Shown here piece by piece: positions 1-12,074 of a stretch of 64,000 bases of DNA. The notes under the pieces are model-generated. The model was not told the DNA's origin and did no database searches. It saw nothing but the letters and a program-made list of their open reading frames with translations. The stretch is from Octopus bimaculoides (Eukaryota): positions 10,253,162-10,317,161 of the forward strand of contig NC_068992.1 in NCBI RefSeq assembly GCF_001194135.2, read 5' to 3'. Made by a program: the position numbers and the translations under genes. Position 1 is the first letter of the stretch. Each line of letters opens with the position of its first letter.

Positions 1-77
1 ATTATGCATATTATTGTTCCTTTGTGGTGTTGGTGGTGATGATTATGATGATGGTGATGATATTATTTCTGTCTCAG

Positions 78-186
78 TGCAACGACCCATGCTGATCTGA
101 TGTTAAGGGCCAGAGAAGAAGGGATTCCAACTCGTGTTATCCACAATGCCTCTATAATGAATGCTGTCGGTTGTTGTGGTCTGCAG
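78..186 (+). CDS. DPH5: Diphthine methyl ester synthase, internal coding exon (109 nt)
   Basis: Acceptor tttctgtctcAG at 76-77 and donor GTaagt at 187. Starts in phase 2 and translates as (G)[36 protein letters not shown], matching the DPH5 signature ATTHxDLxLRA...[17 protein letters not shown]. Confidence 0.97.
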
Positions 187-620
187 GTAAGTCACCTCAG
201 ACACTCTTCTCTATTGTTCAAGTTTTGTAAATCGTTGTTATTGTAGTAAAATTGATGTAAACATACAGACACACACACAAACGCACACACATGTCTGTTT
301 GTATTTGTCAATTTAACTATAAAATTTTCCAAGTTTGATCTGTTTGTGCAGCATCTTGAGCAAGTGGTAGCTTTTACTGTTGTTTCATGTTGTGAGTGAA
401 ATTTGGTCGATAGAAACTGCAGAAAACCATTACACACACAGGCATACACATGTTTGAAAGGGTTAAATGAAAGTACTCACACACTAGAAAAAAAACTCCT
501 TCCCCAAAAAAGGTTAATGACATCCTGTTAAAAGATTTCGTAACATGTTTTTAAAAAATAATTTTTATTTTAAATCACCTTTACTCCTCAAAACTGTATT
601 AAGTCATTCTCATAGACTTT

Positions 621-664
<44 letters not shown>

Positions 665-697
665 CTTTATTCGTGTATTAACAATATTACAAATGGT

Positions 698-972
698 CGA
701 GCGAGATCGTTGCCAGTGCTCCTGGACTGGCTCTTGTGCGGGTGGCACATAAAAGACACCATTTCGAGCGTGGCCGTTTTCGTGCGGATGACACGTAGAA
801 GCACCCACTACACTCTCTGAGTGGTTGGCGTTAGGAAGGGCATCCAGCTGTAGAAACTCTGCCAAATTTAGATTGGAGCCTGGTGTTGCCATCCGGTTTC
901 ACCAGTCCTCAGTCAAATCGTCCAACCCATGCTAGTATGGAAGGCGGACGTTAAACGATGATGATGATGATG
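698..972 (+). mobile_element. RTE-LINE 3' tail / RTE-tailed short interspersed repeat
   Basis: Contains ...ctctgagtggttggcgttaggaagggcatccagctgtagaaact...catgctagtatggaaggcggacgttaaac followed by (GAT)n. Near-identical copies occur at 29900-30076, 60214-60566 and, reversed, at 18600-18860 and 26222-26520. The same tail follows RTE-like coding sequence at 33570-34290. Confidence 0.8.
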
Positions 973-1510
973 TTTCATGTGGAAAGAATTTTCACAATCT
1001 GTGATGAATTGTCCAACCTATTCCAACACCGAAAATGGATGTAAAATGTTGGTGGCAGTGGCAGTGATAATGCTGGAAATGATGAAATATATTCATGCAG
1101 AGAAATACAGATTGATTCACTGGCAGGGCTTTATCGTCATCTCCTTCATCCTAAACGTGTTCAACATGACATGCACCAAAGAGAAGATCCTTAACTCTCA
1201 ACTCAGATAAACAGGCTGTGTGACCATTATGGATGAGTCGATGCTACTGCAACACTATTCTGCGGAGGACTCTGAGAACTAGCACCTGTACTCCTTCTTT
1301 GGGTGACTTCTATTGCTTGGAGAAGAGATACAGATTCATCACCAATTTTCTAGCACCTTCTTTAACCTGGATACATTAAAAGGAGGAAATTGAAATTCCT
1401 GTATTTCATTGCTCAACCACAGGTGGTGTTCTGTGTACCATGTGTTTATCTGGATTATCTACTGAGAGCAGAATTGATAGTGTCAAATGTAAACAGCAAT
1501 CCATATTTAT

Positions 1511-1742
1511 TTTACTCTTCAGCTTTGAGATCACTCTGTCAGATGTAATGCTTATTTATTCACATTGTTTTGAATTAATCATGCATTATCTTGTAGCTTT
1601 TGAGATTTCATTGATGTGATTGGTTATTTTCAGAATGACGTTGCCAGGTAGGTGTGAGAGGCCAGATCTGGCCAGTTTTAGCACAAAATATAGATGGAAT
1701 AGTTTGGGCCATACATAGCTGGCTTTAATGCTAAAGGGCTGA
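1511..1742. mobile_element. TTAA-ended (piggyBac-like) MITE, degenerate
   Basis: Shares the core ttattcacattgttttgaattaatcatgca...gagattt.gatgatgtga and the end taatgctaaaggg with copies at 21790-21998, 30077-30288, 31450-31620 and 52450-52640. Confidence 0.6.
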
Positions 1743-2831
1743 TTTAAGTTTCTAGCAGTTCATGGTACTTTAGAGACATGGGAGATTTGTAATTAATAGG
1801 TTAGAGGTGTATTGACAAATTATTGTTACATGACTGCAGATAGTTTGGCAAATCGGTTATTCAAAGTTTTGGAACCAAGAATATCAGAAAATTTGATGTA
1901 CCTGTATAAGGATGAAGACTGAAATGGTAGATGAGGCAGAAAGAGTCCAATCTGGTCTGTGACTCAGATGACAGCAAGATGTATGGTCTTTCAAAGACAA
2001 TCTCTTGACGGAATACAGACTTGTGGTGAGCCTCTGTCAAAGGGATTGAGACCCCACCATGTTTGTAACTGCACTCATAGTAAATCATGGTTAGATGGAG
2101 ATCCTTGATATTCAACTTGCTGAGAACAGACGGCATCTACCGATTGATCAACCTGTCTAAGGAGAATCTCAGGCCCAATCTGAAGTGGGCCAAACTCCAG
2201 CCATATGAACTGGAGACTATGGCTGTGGGTAGATATGATTGGTGCTACTGACGTTCCAGAACAGCCAACAACTTTCAAGCTGAGCAGTGTGTGCTGTGCC
2301 TCAAGGCAAATCAAGAGAGACAGGAAAAGGTATCATCTCTTGTCCCCATTAACAGTGTTCCATGTCTTATCTTCATGTCTAACTTTGGTCTCAAAATTCA
2401 TATTTGTATCTGCCTTGATAGACCAACACATCATCTTCCTTTGTCTATGGAACATTCCCCTCATACATGTACAGACATTATTATTGTATCATTTTTCTAT
2501 GATATTTGTTCTTGTTGATTCCTTATCTATATAGTTGATTCCTTATCTATATTTGTTCTGAGGTAGAGGTAATTATTTAATCTTTAATATGAGACAGAGG
2601 GTGACGGTCCAAATCTAATTGAAGTTAAATATTCTATATTGTATATGTGTAAAGTTATTTTCATTCTGTTCTTTTTTCTAAACATCTTTTGTATATATCA
2701 TTTTGTTGTATATTTATCACTTTGTTGTGTATATATAATTTGATTGTATGTATTTACCTTTGTTGTGTATATATATCATTTGTTATGTATATATGATTTT
2801 ATTGTGTATATATATATAAATATTATTTTGT

Positions 2832-2878
<47 letters not shown>

Positions 2879-3279
2879 TCACCAGAGCAGCAGCACACAA
2901 ACATTTGCATTTATCTTTTATTATTGTCAAAGTTAAATCAAAATTAAGTCCTTTAAAGATGTGCATAAGCTTCAGGTTTACAGAACCAAATGAAATAAAA
3001 CAGATGCACGAGTAGAGGTACCTTCGTCAACCAAGTTAGGTGCATCCAGCAAACTTTTCCCACTTTCTAAATTTTCTGCTTACTCAAAATGAAACCAGCG
3101 TCTGTTGTACATTGGAGTTAGTCTACTCCATGGCCAAGTCATGACTCATTTCTCTGATTAACATCCCGAAGGTTGATTAGCTTTAATAATGATGATGAAC
3201 AACTTCATATATTTAATTCCTCATTGAGAATGATTTCATCATGTTGATTCTGCTTGAGAACTATTTTAAGGGTACATGT

Positions 3280-3595
3280 TTTTTTATTTATGCGGCCTTT
3301 TTCGAGCCCAGCCAGGCTCATGGGCCCGGTTTCCCGGTTTCTGTGGCGTATGTGTTCCCCCTAGCTGGACAGGACGCCAGTCCATCGCAGCGTTACTCAA
3401 GAAACAGGAAGAAAGAGTGAGAGAAAGTTGTGGCAAAAGGGTACAATAGGGGTCGCCAACACCCCCTGCTGGAGCCTCGTGGAGCTTTAGGTGATTTTGC
3501 TCAATAAACACTCACAACGCCAGGTCTGGGAATCGAAACCACGATCCTCCGACTGCGAGTCCGTTGCCCTAACCACTGGGCCATTGCGCCTCCAC
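3280..3595 (-). mobile_element. tRNA-derived SINE with 12-bp target-site duplication
   Basis: The minus strand begins gtggaggcgcaatggcccagtggttagggc...ggtttcgattcccagacc (A-box- and B-box-like) and ends in an A-rich tail. It is flanked by AAGGGTACATGT at 3268-3279 and 3596-3607. The same head is at 36244. Confidence 0.9.
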
Positions 3596-4255
3596 AAGGG
3601 TACATGTGTCTGTGGAATATTCAGCCACTTACATGCTAATTCAATGAGCAGGTAGTTCACTTAATTAAATACCTGGAATAGTTATTGTTGAAACCTATGA
3701 GGATCCATTTTCATTCATATTAAGTTATTCTAGCTATTGTCCCCCTTCTCATCATTTAATGTCCACTGCCCTGCATGGGTCAAATGGAATTTGCTGAGGG
3801 ATATTGTCTAGAGTCAGGTGCCCTTCCTGTCACCAATCCCCACCGTTTCCAAGCAAGGTGGTATTTCCTCCTCGTGGCCCAACAAATTTTAAACAAAAGG
3901 CTGGGAAGAAGCAACACTGTTTCTATGACATTGCTGCTCATTTGCAACTATCATCATGTAATGTCGAGATAAGGGTGCACATTTACATGTGTGTGTGAGT
4001 GTGTATACGTGTGTACACACACACACACACACACACACANNNNNNNNNNNNNNNNNNNNNNNNNNNNNNNNNNNNNNNNNNNNNNNNNNNNNNNNNNNNN
4101 NNNNNNNNNNNNNNNNNNNNNNNNNNNNNNNNNNNNNNNNNNNNNNNNNNNNNNNNNNNNNNNNNNNNNNNNNNNNNNNNNNNNNNNNNNNNNNNNNNNN
4201 NNNNNNNNNNNNNNNNNNNNNNNNNNNNNNNNNNNNNNNNNNNNNNNNNNNNNNN

Positions 4256-4312
<57 letters not shown>

Positions 4313-4780
4313 TTCACATTGAACTATCTTGTCATTGAATTCGCTCACATAAGTGGTTTAGTCTTTCACAGATTCATGTACTCTTAAAAAATAATTCTGA
4401 AACAGAACTAAAAGAACAAAGTGACTGTTTTGCACTCTTCTAATTTCACTCGCTGGACTTAGGTCAACTTGAGACTATTGTAGTAGGTACTTGCCCAAGA
4501 TGTCACATGTTTGGATTTGAACTTTTTATATAAAAATATGTTAATAATCTGCATCATTCATTGGGAATTTTGTTTTCTTATTCTTGTGTTTTCATTCTGG
4601 TCACAGGATAATGTTGATGTTTTGTGAGTTCTACCCAAATGTTTAAGAGAACACTCAACCCCCCACCACATTGTCATTTCTTTAGCATTAAATGTACTGC
4701 TTTTGTTGCATCTCAGGAGTGTCAGTATGTTATTAATAAGTAAATGATTAATTAGTTAAGTGTCAAGAAATAGGCTAATA

Positions 4781-4980
4781 ACACTTCCTGTTATTGGTAC
4801 AGGAGCTGAAATTTCGGGGAGGGGAACTAGTCAATTACATGGACCCCAGTATGCAACTGGTACTTATGTTATTGTCCCTAAAAGGATGAAAGGCAAAGTT
4901 GACCTCTGTAGAATTTGAACTCTGACTGTAAAGAAGGACAAAATGCCACTAAACTTTTGTCTAGCATGCTAACAGATTGG
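4781..4980 (-). mobile_element. SINE, abundant family with core gaggtcgactttgcctttcatcc..ggggtcgataaaataagtaccag
   Basis: Reverse complement of the copy at 16910-17115. Other decayed copies lie near 5380, 14390, 17490, 19555-20090, 31690, 49910 and 60570. Confidence 0.7.
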
Positions 4981-5424
4981 TTAATTATAATGAAAATAAA
5001 ACAAGAGAAATATAACCAGTACGTGTGTTTATCATTGGTATAATGACCCTCCCAAAATCAGATTCAACACATGACTTCTTATTAAGAATCTTGCAAGCCG
5101 AATACAAAAATGAAATATTGAATATTAATTAATTGAAATTTATCCACTCCCCTCCTCAAATATGTTTGTGTTCACCTTGCTATTTGTTCTGCATGTAACA
5201 AGCATCCTTGAGGTATATTTTACATCAGGAATTTTTTTTTCATTCTCAGAGTTGTCTGAGAATGGAACTTGTGGTATTTATTCTTCCTCCTCTCTATGCC
5301 CTGAGTTTAAACCTCACTGAGGTCAACTTTGCCATTCAGCCTTTGAGACACAAGACAATAAAATACCAATCGCAGGGTTTTGATTTGGCAGAATTGGTAG
5401 AACATCAAATACCTTGTGCTATTG

Positions 5425-5458
<34 letters not shown>

Positions 5459-6674
5459 AATAAGGGCAGAGAATCGTCAATTAATAATAGAATTAATAAT
5501 TAACAATTTTGCCAAGTAGTTCAGTATGAAAAAAACCTTTATCGGTAAAACTATTTATCATTATAAATATACAGGGATTAGCAATTGAGTTGCTTCTCCA
5601 ACATACTGAAAATTTAGAAATAGCAGTCAAAGAACTACTGATTCCAAACTACAAATTTTTCTCTAAAGTGGATGGCGATATTTATGGCACACATAGAACA
5701 ANNNNNNNNNNNNNNNNNNNNNNNNNNNNNNNNNNNNNNNNNNNNNNNNNNNNNNNNNNNNNNNNNNNNNNNNNNNNNNNNNNNNNNNNNNNNNNNNNNN
5801 NNNNNNNNNNNNNNNNNNNNNNNNNNNNNNNNNNNNNNNNNNNNNNNNNNNNNNNNNNNNNNNNNNNNNNNNNNNNNNNNNNNNNNNNNNNNNNNNNNNN
5901 NNNNNNNNNNNNNNNNNNNNNNNNNNNNNNNNNNNNNNNNNNNNNNNNNNNNNNNNNNNNNNNNNNNNNNNNNNNNNNNNNNNNNNNNNNNNNNNNNNNN
6001 NNNNNNNNNNNNNNNNNNNNNNNNNNNNNNNNNNNNNNNNNNNNNNNNNNNNNNNNNNNNNNNNNNNNNNNNNNNNNNNNNNNNNNNNNNNNNNNNNNNN
6101 NNNNNNNNNNNNNNNNNNNNNNNNNNNNNNNNNNNNNNNNNNNNNNNNNNNNNNNNNNNNNNNNNNNNNNNNNNNNNNNNNNNNNNNNNNNNNNNNNNNN
6201 NNNNNNNNNNNNNNNNNNNNNNNNNNNNNNNNNNNNNNNNNNNNNNNNNNNNNNNNNNNNNNNNNNNNNNNNNNNNNNNNNNNNNNNNNNNNNNNNNNNN
6301 NNNNNNNNNNNNNNNNNNNNNNNNNNNNNNNNNNNNNNNNNNNNNNNNNNNNNNNNNNNNNNNNNNNNNNNNNNNNNNNNNNNNNNNNNNNNNNNNNNNN
6401 NNNNNNNNNNNNNNNNNNNNNNNNNNNNNNNNNNNNNNNNNNNNNNNNNNNNNNNNNNNNNNNNNNNNNNNNNNNNNNNNNNNNNNNNNNNNNNNNNNNN
6501 NNNNNNNNNNNNNNNNNNNNNNNNNNNNNNNNNNNNNNNNNNNNNNNNNNNNNNNNNNNNNNNNNNNNNNNNNNNNNNNNNNNNNNNNNNNNNNNNNNNN
6601 NNNNNNNNNNNNNNNNNNNNNNNNNNNNNNNNNNNNNNNNNNNNNNNNNNNNNNNNNNNNNNNNNNNNNNNNNN

Positions 6675-6727
<53 letters not shown>

Positions 6728-6966
6728 CACACATACACAATGCATACATACATATACATATGCACATATATATACATGCATAAAGCAAATTCCTATTAGA
6801 AATAAATATTTGTGTTAAGCACAAAATGGCAAATAATATCTAAAGAGACATTTTGAGTGTGTGTGGATATATTTGATGCTTAAATCTTTATAGCAATGTC
6901 AATATAACTGAAGATGCAGTTGGGCACCATGTATTGAGTTCTCTTTTGTTTCCATTTGTTTACAAT

Positions 6967-6998
<32 letters not shown>

Positions 6999-7008
6999 CA
7001 CTCACACA

Positions 7009-7049
<41 letters not shown>

Positions 7050-7443
7050 TGGAAGCTCAAGCTTCAATATATATCGTAACAACTTAATGATATCCTGCNN
7101 NNNNNNNNNNNNNNNNNNNNNNNNNNNNNNNNNNNNNNNNNNNNNNNNNNNNNNNNNNNNNNNNNNNNNNNNNNNNNNNNNNNNNNNNNNNNNNNNNNNN
7201 NNNNNNNNNNNNNNNNNNNNNNNNNNNNNNNNNNNNNNNNNNNNNNNNNNNNNNNNNNNNNNNNNNNNNNNNNNNNNNNNNNNNNNNNNNNNNNNNNNNN
7301 NNNNNNNNNNNNNNNNNNNNNNNNNNNNNNNNNNNNNNNNNNNNNNNNNNNNNNNNNNNNNNNNNNNNNNNNNNNNNNNNNNNNNNNNNNNNNNNNNNNN
7401 NNNNNNNNNNNNNNNNNNNNNNNNNNNNNNNNNNNNNNNNNNN

Positions 7444-7474
<31 letters not shown>

Positions 7475-8821
7475 TTATTATCTGTCACAGTCTGTCTTAC
7501 ATTCTCACATGGATTGAATGGTTCAAACCAAAAGGAGAATGGAGATTTATTAACATCCAAAACTTTTTTATTCAGCACCTATCTGTCTGTTGGTTGTGTT
7601 TTTTTGTCTTAACAGCACATGATGGTTGTAAATGAGTATTACTGTTATACAAGCAGTGTTGTTCATTTTATATCTTTCATGAAGGCGTATCTGGCCATGG
7701 GGAAATATTATCTTGCTTGAAAACAGGTGAGGTTTGGTGACAAGAAGGGCATCCAGCTGTAGAAAATCTGATTTAAACATGTTCCATCTGAGCCATGCAA
7801 GAATGGAAAAGTGGAGGTTGAAACAATGAAAATGATGATAATTGTTAATGTGTATAAGATATATTATGATTTTTATATTTGATAATATGTGTACATTACC
7901 AAAATTGATGGATGGAAGCATCAAGTTAAGTCTGGCTTCAGGAGGCTCGTGGAACATCCATAAGGGTTTTCTGGCTTATGAGCAAGATGGTTTGTGTTTT
8001 TCTGGAACTCAATAATATCTCACATGAGTAATTGAACTTAGTACCTGTTTGCAGCTATGTGGTCTGAGCCAAACAGGATTACTGACACAGCACTATCATC
8101 TTGCCTATGACAGGATAAAAACTGTTGACTTCTGGGATGGATTTCCACTGTCTTGTTCATTTGGCCGTTGTCACTCTCAACTATTAAGATATTATGGAGC
8201 TATTTAAATTTTTCATAGTCAGCAAAGAAATAATTTGAATTTAATGATTAATTTTCAGTTGAAATAATTATTGGATTTGTAAGTTTGATTTGTCACTTTT
8301 TCTCACATGTGATGAATTTTGAACTGGTTTGGCCATCAGAATCATTATTGAATACATATTGACACTATCATTGTTATGATTTTTAAGTTAGTGACTCATA
8401 GTAGGGTCATCTTGCTAATGAAAATACATGTACTGATGGCAGTTCTTTGTTTTATGCTATTTAAACAGTAAAATATAAAGAGGACCATAACCAGTGTGTG
8501 TATTTTCATTGATCTGGAACAAAAGGACAAACAATAAAGAAGTATGTCTGTAACCACCAGTGTATGAATATTCTTGGCAAGATGACCCTCCCACTAGTCT
8601 ATAAACTAAAAGCTATAATGATGATTGATTTGCAGCTTTCTCATTCCCAGTTTATTATGAAGTTTACTCCCAAGATAAATTTATTTCTAAATATTCTATT
8701 GTTTGATTGTATTTCAATTTTTGAATTCAAAATTTTTCCACGTGTGATGAATTTGTGAACTGGTTTGGCCATTGGAATTGTTATCGAATATTTAAATATT
8801 GTCCTGTGTGTTTTGTTTCAG

Positions 8822-8942
8822 CTCTACAAGTTTGGAGAGACTGTATCAATCTGTTTTTGGACTGATACATGGCAACCGGATAGTTTTTATGACAAAATAG
8901 CGTCTAACCGAGAGAAAGGGATGCATACTCTGTGTCTGTTGG
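8822..8942 (+). CDS. DPH5: Diphthine methyl ester synthase, internal coding exon (121 nt)
   Basis: Acceptor ttttgtttcAG at 8820-8821 and donor GTaggt at 8943. Translates as [40 protein letters not shown] plus 1 nt, in frame with the previous exon. Contains the DPH5 motifs LYxFGETVSI and G.HTLCLLD. Confidence 0.98.
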
Positions 8943-9469
8943 GTAGGTCAACCATTTTATTTCTTTGTCTAGTTTCAGGAAAAACTTGCATCGATAACAG
9001 AAAAAATGCCATCATTTTAAATTGGAGTTTGGAAAAAAAAGAATTCCTGAAATATGCGGTAAACGGTTTTACATAATATTGTAGTAGTAGTTGTAGTTGT
9101 AGTAGTAGTAGCAGTAGTAGTAGTCTTAGTAGTTTTTCTAGCTATTTTTTTTTTTGTTGCATTGTGACAAGTCCTGTAGTGTAAGTGGTAAATCTAGCAG
9201 CAAACCAAGCTGGCAACCCAGGTTCAATTCCTGCTTACCACTCTTCATTTTTTACCTTCATTTCATTTCACTTTACTTAGAATGATCCTGGCTCTTAGAA
9301 AAAAAGTCATGAACGCCCTCAACTCCCCTTTTCCCATCTTTCCTTAAAGTCAACAGAGCTGATCATCCAATGTAGTCAAGGAAGATCACACAATTGACCC
9401 TGCGTTTCACTAGTGCATGATACCAATAAACCACCAAAATCACCTGGTTTTGTCTTCTAGCCGCAATAC

Positions 9470-9507
<38 letters not shown>

Positions 9508-9724
9508 CATGGAAATAAATGATTTAATCTTTTACTTGTAGCTACAGAAATGAAAAGAAAGAGAAGCTTAGTCTTCACTGACAGGAGTGTGTGACTTAAT
9601 GACTTGTAGCACTCTTGTACTTGTGGTTTGTTGTTTTAGGTACATTTGTGGGTTGAGAGGAGACAAAGACGTCTTCCATTGTAGTAATTAGTAGTAGTGG
9701 TGGTAATTATGTTAATAGCATTCA

Positions 9725-9966
9725 TGGAGCTGTGTGACTTAGTGGTTAGGGTGTCAGCATCATGATTGTAAGATTGTGGTTTCAATTCCTGGACCGGGCG
9801 ACACATTGTATTCTTGAGCAAAACACTTCATTTCACGTTGCTCCAGTTTACTCAGCTGGAAAGAATGATTAGTGCTGCAATGGACTGGCGTCCTGTCCAG
9901 GTGGGGAATTTATATGCCTTAGAAACCAGGAAACCAGCCCTTATGAGTCTGTGGGACTCGAGAAGG
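9725..9966 (+). mobile_element. tRNA-derived SINE
   Basis: tRNA-like head (gacttagtggttagggtgt...ggtttcaattcctggacc) followed by ttcttgagcaaaacact. The 3' module atggactggcgtcctgtccag is shared with 3280-3595 and, less exactly, 53060-53310. Confidence 0.75.
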
Positions 9967-10833
9967 TAACACATCATCTCACATTGTTCTGCAGTCACTT
10001 TGACACCTGACATGTGGTTCACTGTGCACCTGTACAGGTAATGTCAATTTGGTGGAGGGGGAGGGGCAGCTTATGTACAGCACAAACACTTGATCACTGT
10101 AAACAAATCACTCATGCGAGTTGTCCAGCAAGAAATTGCAGAACCATTCTTCTTGGACTATGAGGGTCTACTATTGATCAATAAGTTCTGAGTTCAATGA
10201 CATTGGTATCAAGCTGTATTGATCTTTGTCTTGGCCAACATCAGAAGCATGGGGAGAGAGGAAACTTGCTACTTGGCAACTGCTGGTTTCTCGTTAAGAA
10301 AAAGATAAACAAGCAAAAAAGAAACTGTAAACTGGAGATGAGCTTTTTTAGTTCAGATCCATGCTCAATGCTGATCAGAGGGAGATCTTAGAGCAGCCAT
10401 AAACAAACTATAGCTCTGGGCTGCCTGTGGCCTGCAGAACTTTCTGGGTGCAAACCTGATAAAGAATTTTCTTGAATGTTTTTAGTTGTGTGGCTTAGAA
10501 TACCTGCGTTAAAATGAAAGAGAAGTATATGCATGCGTGATGAATAGATAGATATATAGATAGATAGATAGATAGATAGATAGAGAAAGAGAGAGAGGTG
10601 GGAAGAGGTTATGAGGTTATTAGTCATCTCTGCTGATAGCGCTGCCGTTTCTGTAGTGGTTTTTGTTGTTCAGATATCAAGCATAAGTTTGACTCGCAGG
10701 AAATGAATACTTTAACTCTTCTCTTACGATATTTCTGCTGAAATATGCTGCCTTTGTAATTATTAATTGAGCTGGTGGTGTTTGGAATATACATAAGTAC
10801 ATAAGTGCATATATACATGCATGCATATATATA

Positions 10834-10884
<51 letters not shown>

Positions 10885-11019
10885 GTGTATATATGTGTGT
10901 GTGTGTGTGTGTGTGTATGTATATGTGTATGTGTATGATTGATATCTTTTCCTCAAACTAAATTGTAAAAGAATATTCTCAACACCATTACAACGTTCAC
11001 TATACTTAGTTCCACTACC

Positions 11020-11890
11020 CTTAGTACACTGTTGTAATCAATCCACCCAGTTTAACTACCCTCAATACATTATTCTTATGTTTATCACACCCCATTTCAC
11101 TACCCACAACACATTCTAATATTTAATCCACCCTGTTTCCTTACCCACAATACAATATTGTAATCAATCCATCCTATATCACTATCTTCAATATGCTATT
11201 TTTATGTTCAGTCCACCCTGTTTCACTACCCTCAATACAATACTGGAATCTATCCACCTTATTTCACTACCTTCAGTACATTATTCCTGTGTACAATCCA
11301 CCCTGTTTCACTTCTCCAAGTACACCACCATTATAATTCAATGCACCCTGTTTTGCTACCCACACTACAACACTTTATTGTAATGTTTTGTGCACCCTGT
11401 TTTATTACCTAGACTATAGCACATTATTTTAATGTTCAATCCACCCTGTTTCACTACCCACAATACATTATTGTAATGTTCTTCTGTCCACCCTGTTCTA
11501 ATACCTACACATTGTCACGTTATCATTGTATTCCATTCTCCCTATTTCACTCTACACCTTACAACTTTATTGCAATTATCAGTTCACCCTATTTTATTTC
11601 CCACTCTACCTTCCTCCGTTATAATGATCAATCCCCCCCCCCCCGTTTCACTACCCACAGAATATTATTCTAATGTTCTGCACACCCTGTTTTATTATCC
11701 ACACTTATATAATTCTCTTACCATCTTCAATACACCCTATTCCACTACCCACTCTATAACATTCTATTGTAATAGCTAGTGCACCCTCTTTTATTCCACA
11801 CACAAAATCACTCCTCTACCCGCACTATATCACTCTACTGTAATGTCTAGTTCACCCTAGTTTAACTATCTATATGTTATGCCACCTATT
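11020..11890. repeat. Degenerate minisatellite, ~40-50 bp unit, roughly 20 units
   Basis: Recurrent core (T)CCACCCTGTTTCACTACCC followed by an AT-rich caatacattatt.taatgttcaat-like segment. Confidence 0.85.
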
Positions 11891-12034
11891 TTTATATATC
11901 TATAGTGAATTAGAAACCCAAATAAATTTAGTTTTATATCCAGATTATAAACCAGGTTTGGAATCTCTTGGATGATGTGGATAAGAAATATTTCTTAATT
12001 TCCTTGTTTTTTTTTCAACTTGTCTGTTTTTCAG

Positions 12035-12074
12035 ATATCAAAATTAAAGAACAAAGTATTGAAAATCTTATGCG
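12035..12074 (+). CDS. DPH5: Diphthine methyl ester synthase, internal coding exon (40 nt)
   Basis: Acceptor tgtctgtttttcAG at 12033-12034 and donor GTaagt at 12075. Starts in phase 1 and translates as (D)IKIKEQSIENLM(R), matching DPH5 DIKVKEQSLENL. Confidence 0.95.

Noticed and set aside
2507-2542. 20-bp tandem duplication (gttgattccttatctatat twice)
   Set aside because: An ordinary slippage event with no further structure.
8765-9076. 103-aa single-exon ORF
   Set aside because: Only 8822-8942 is real (a DPH5 exon); the rest is read-through into flanking introns.
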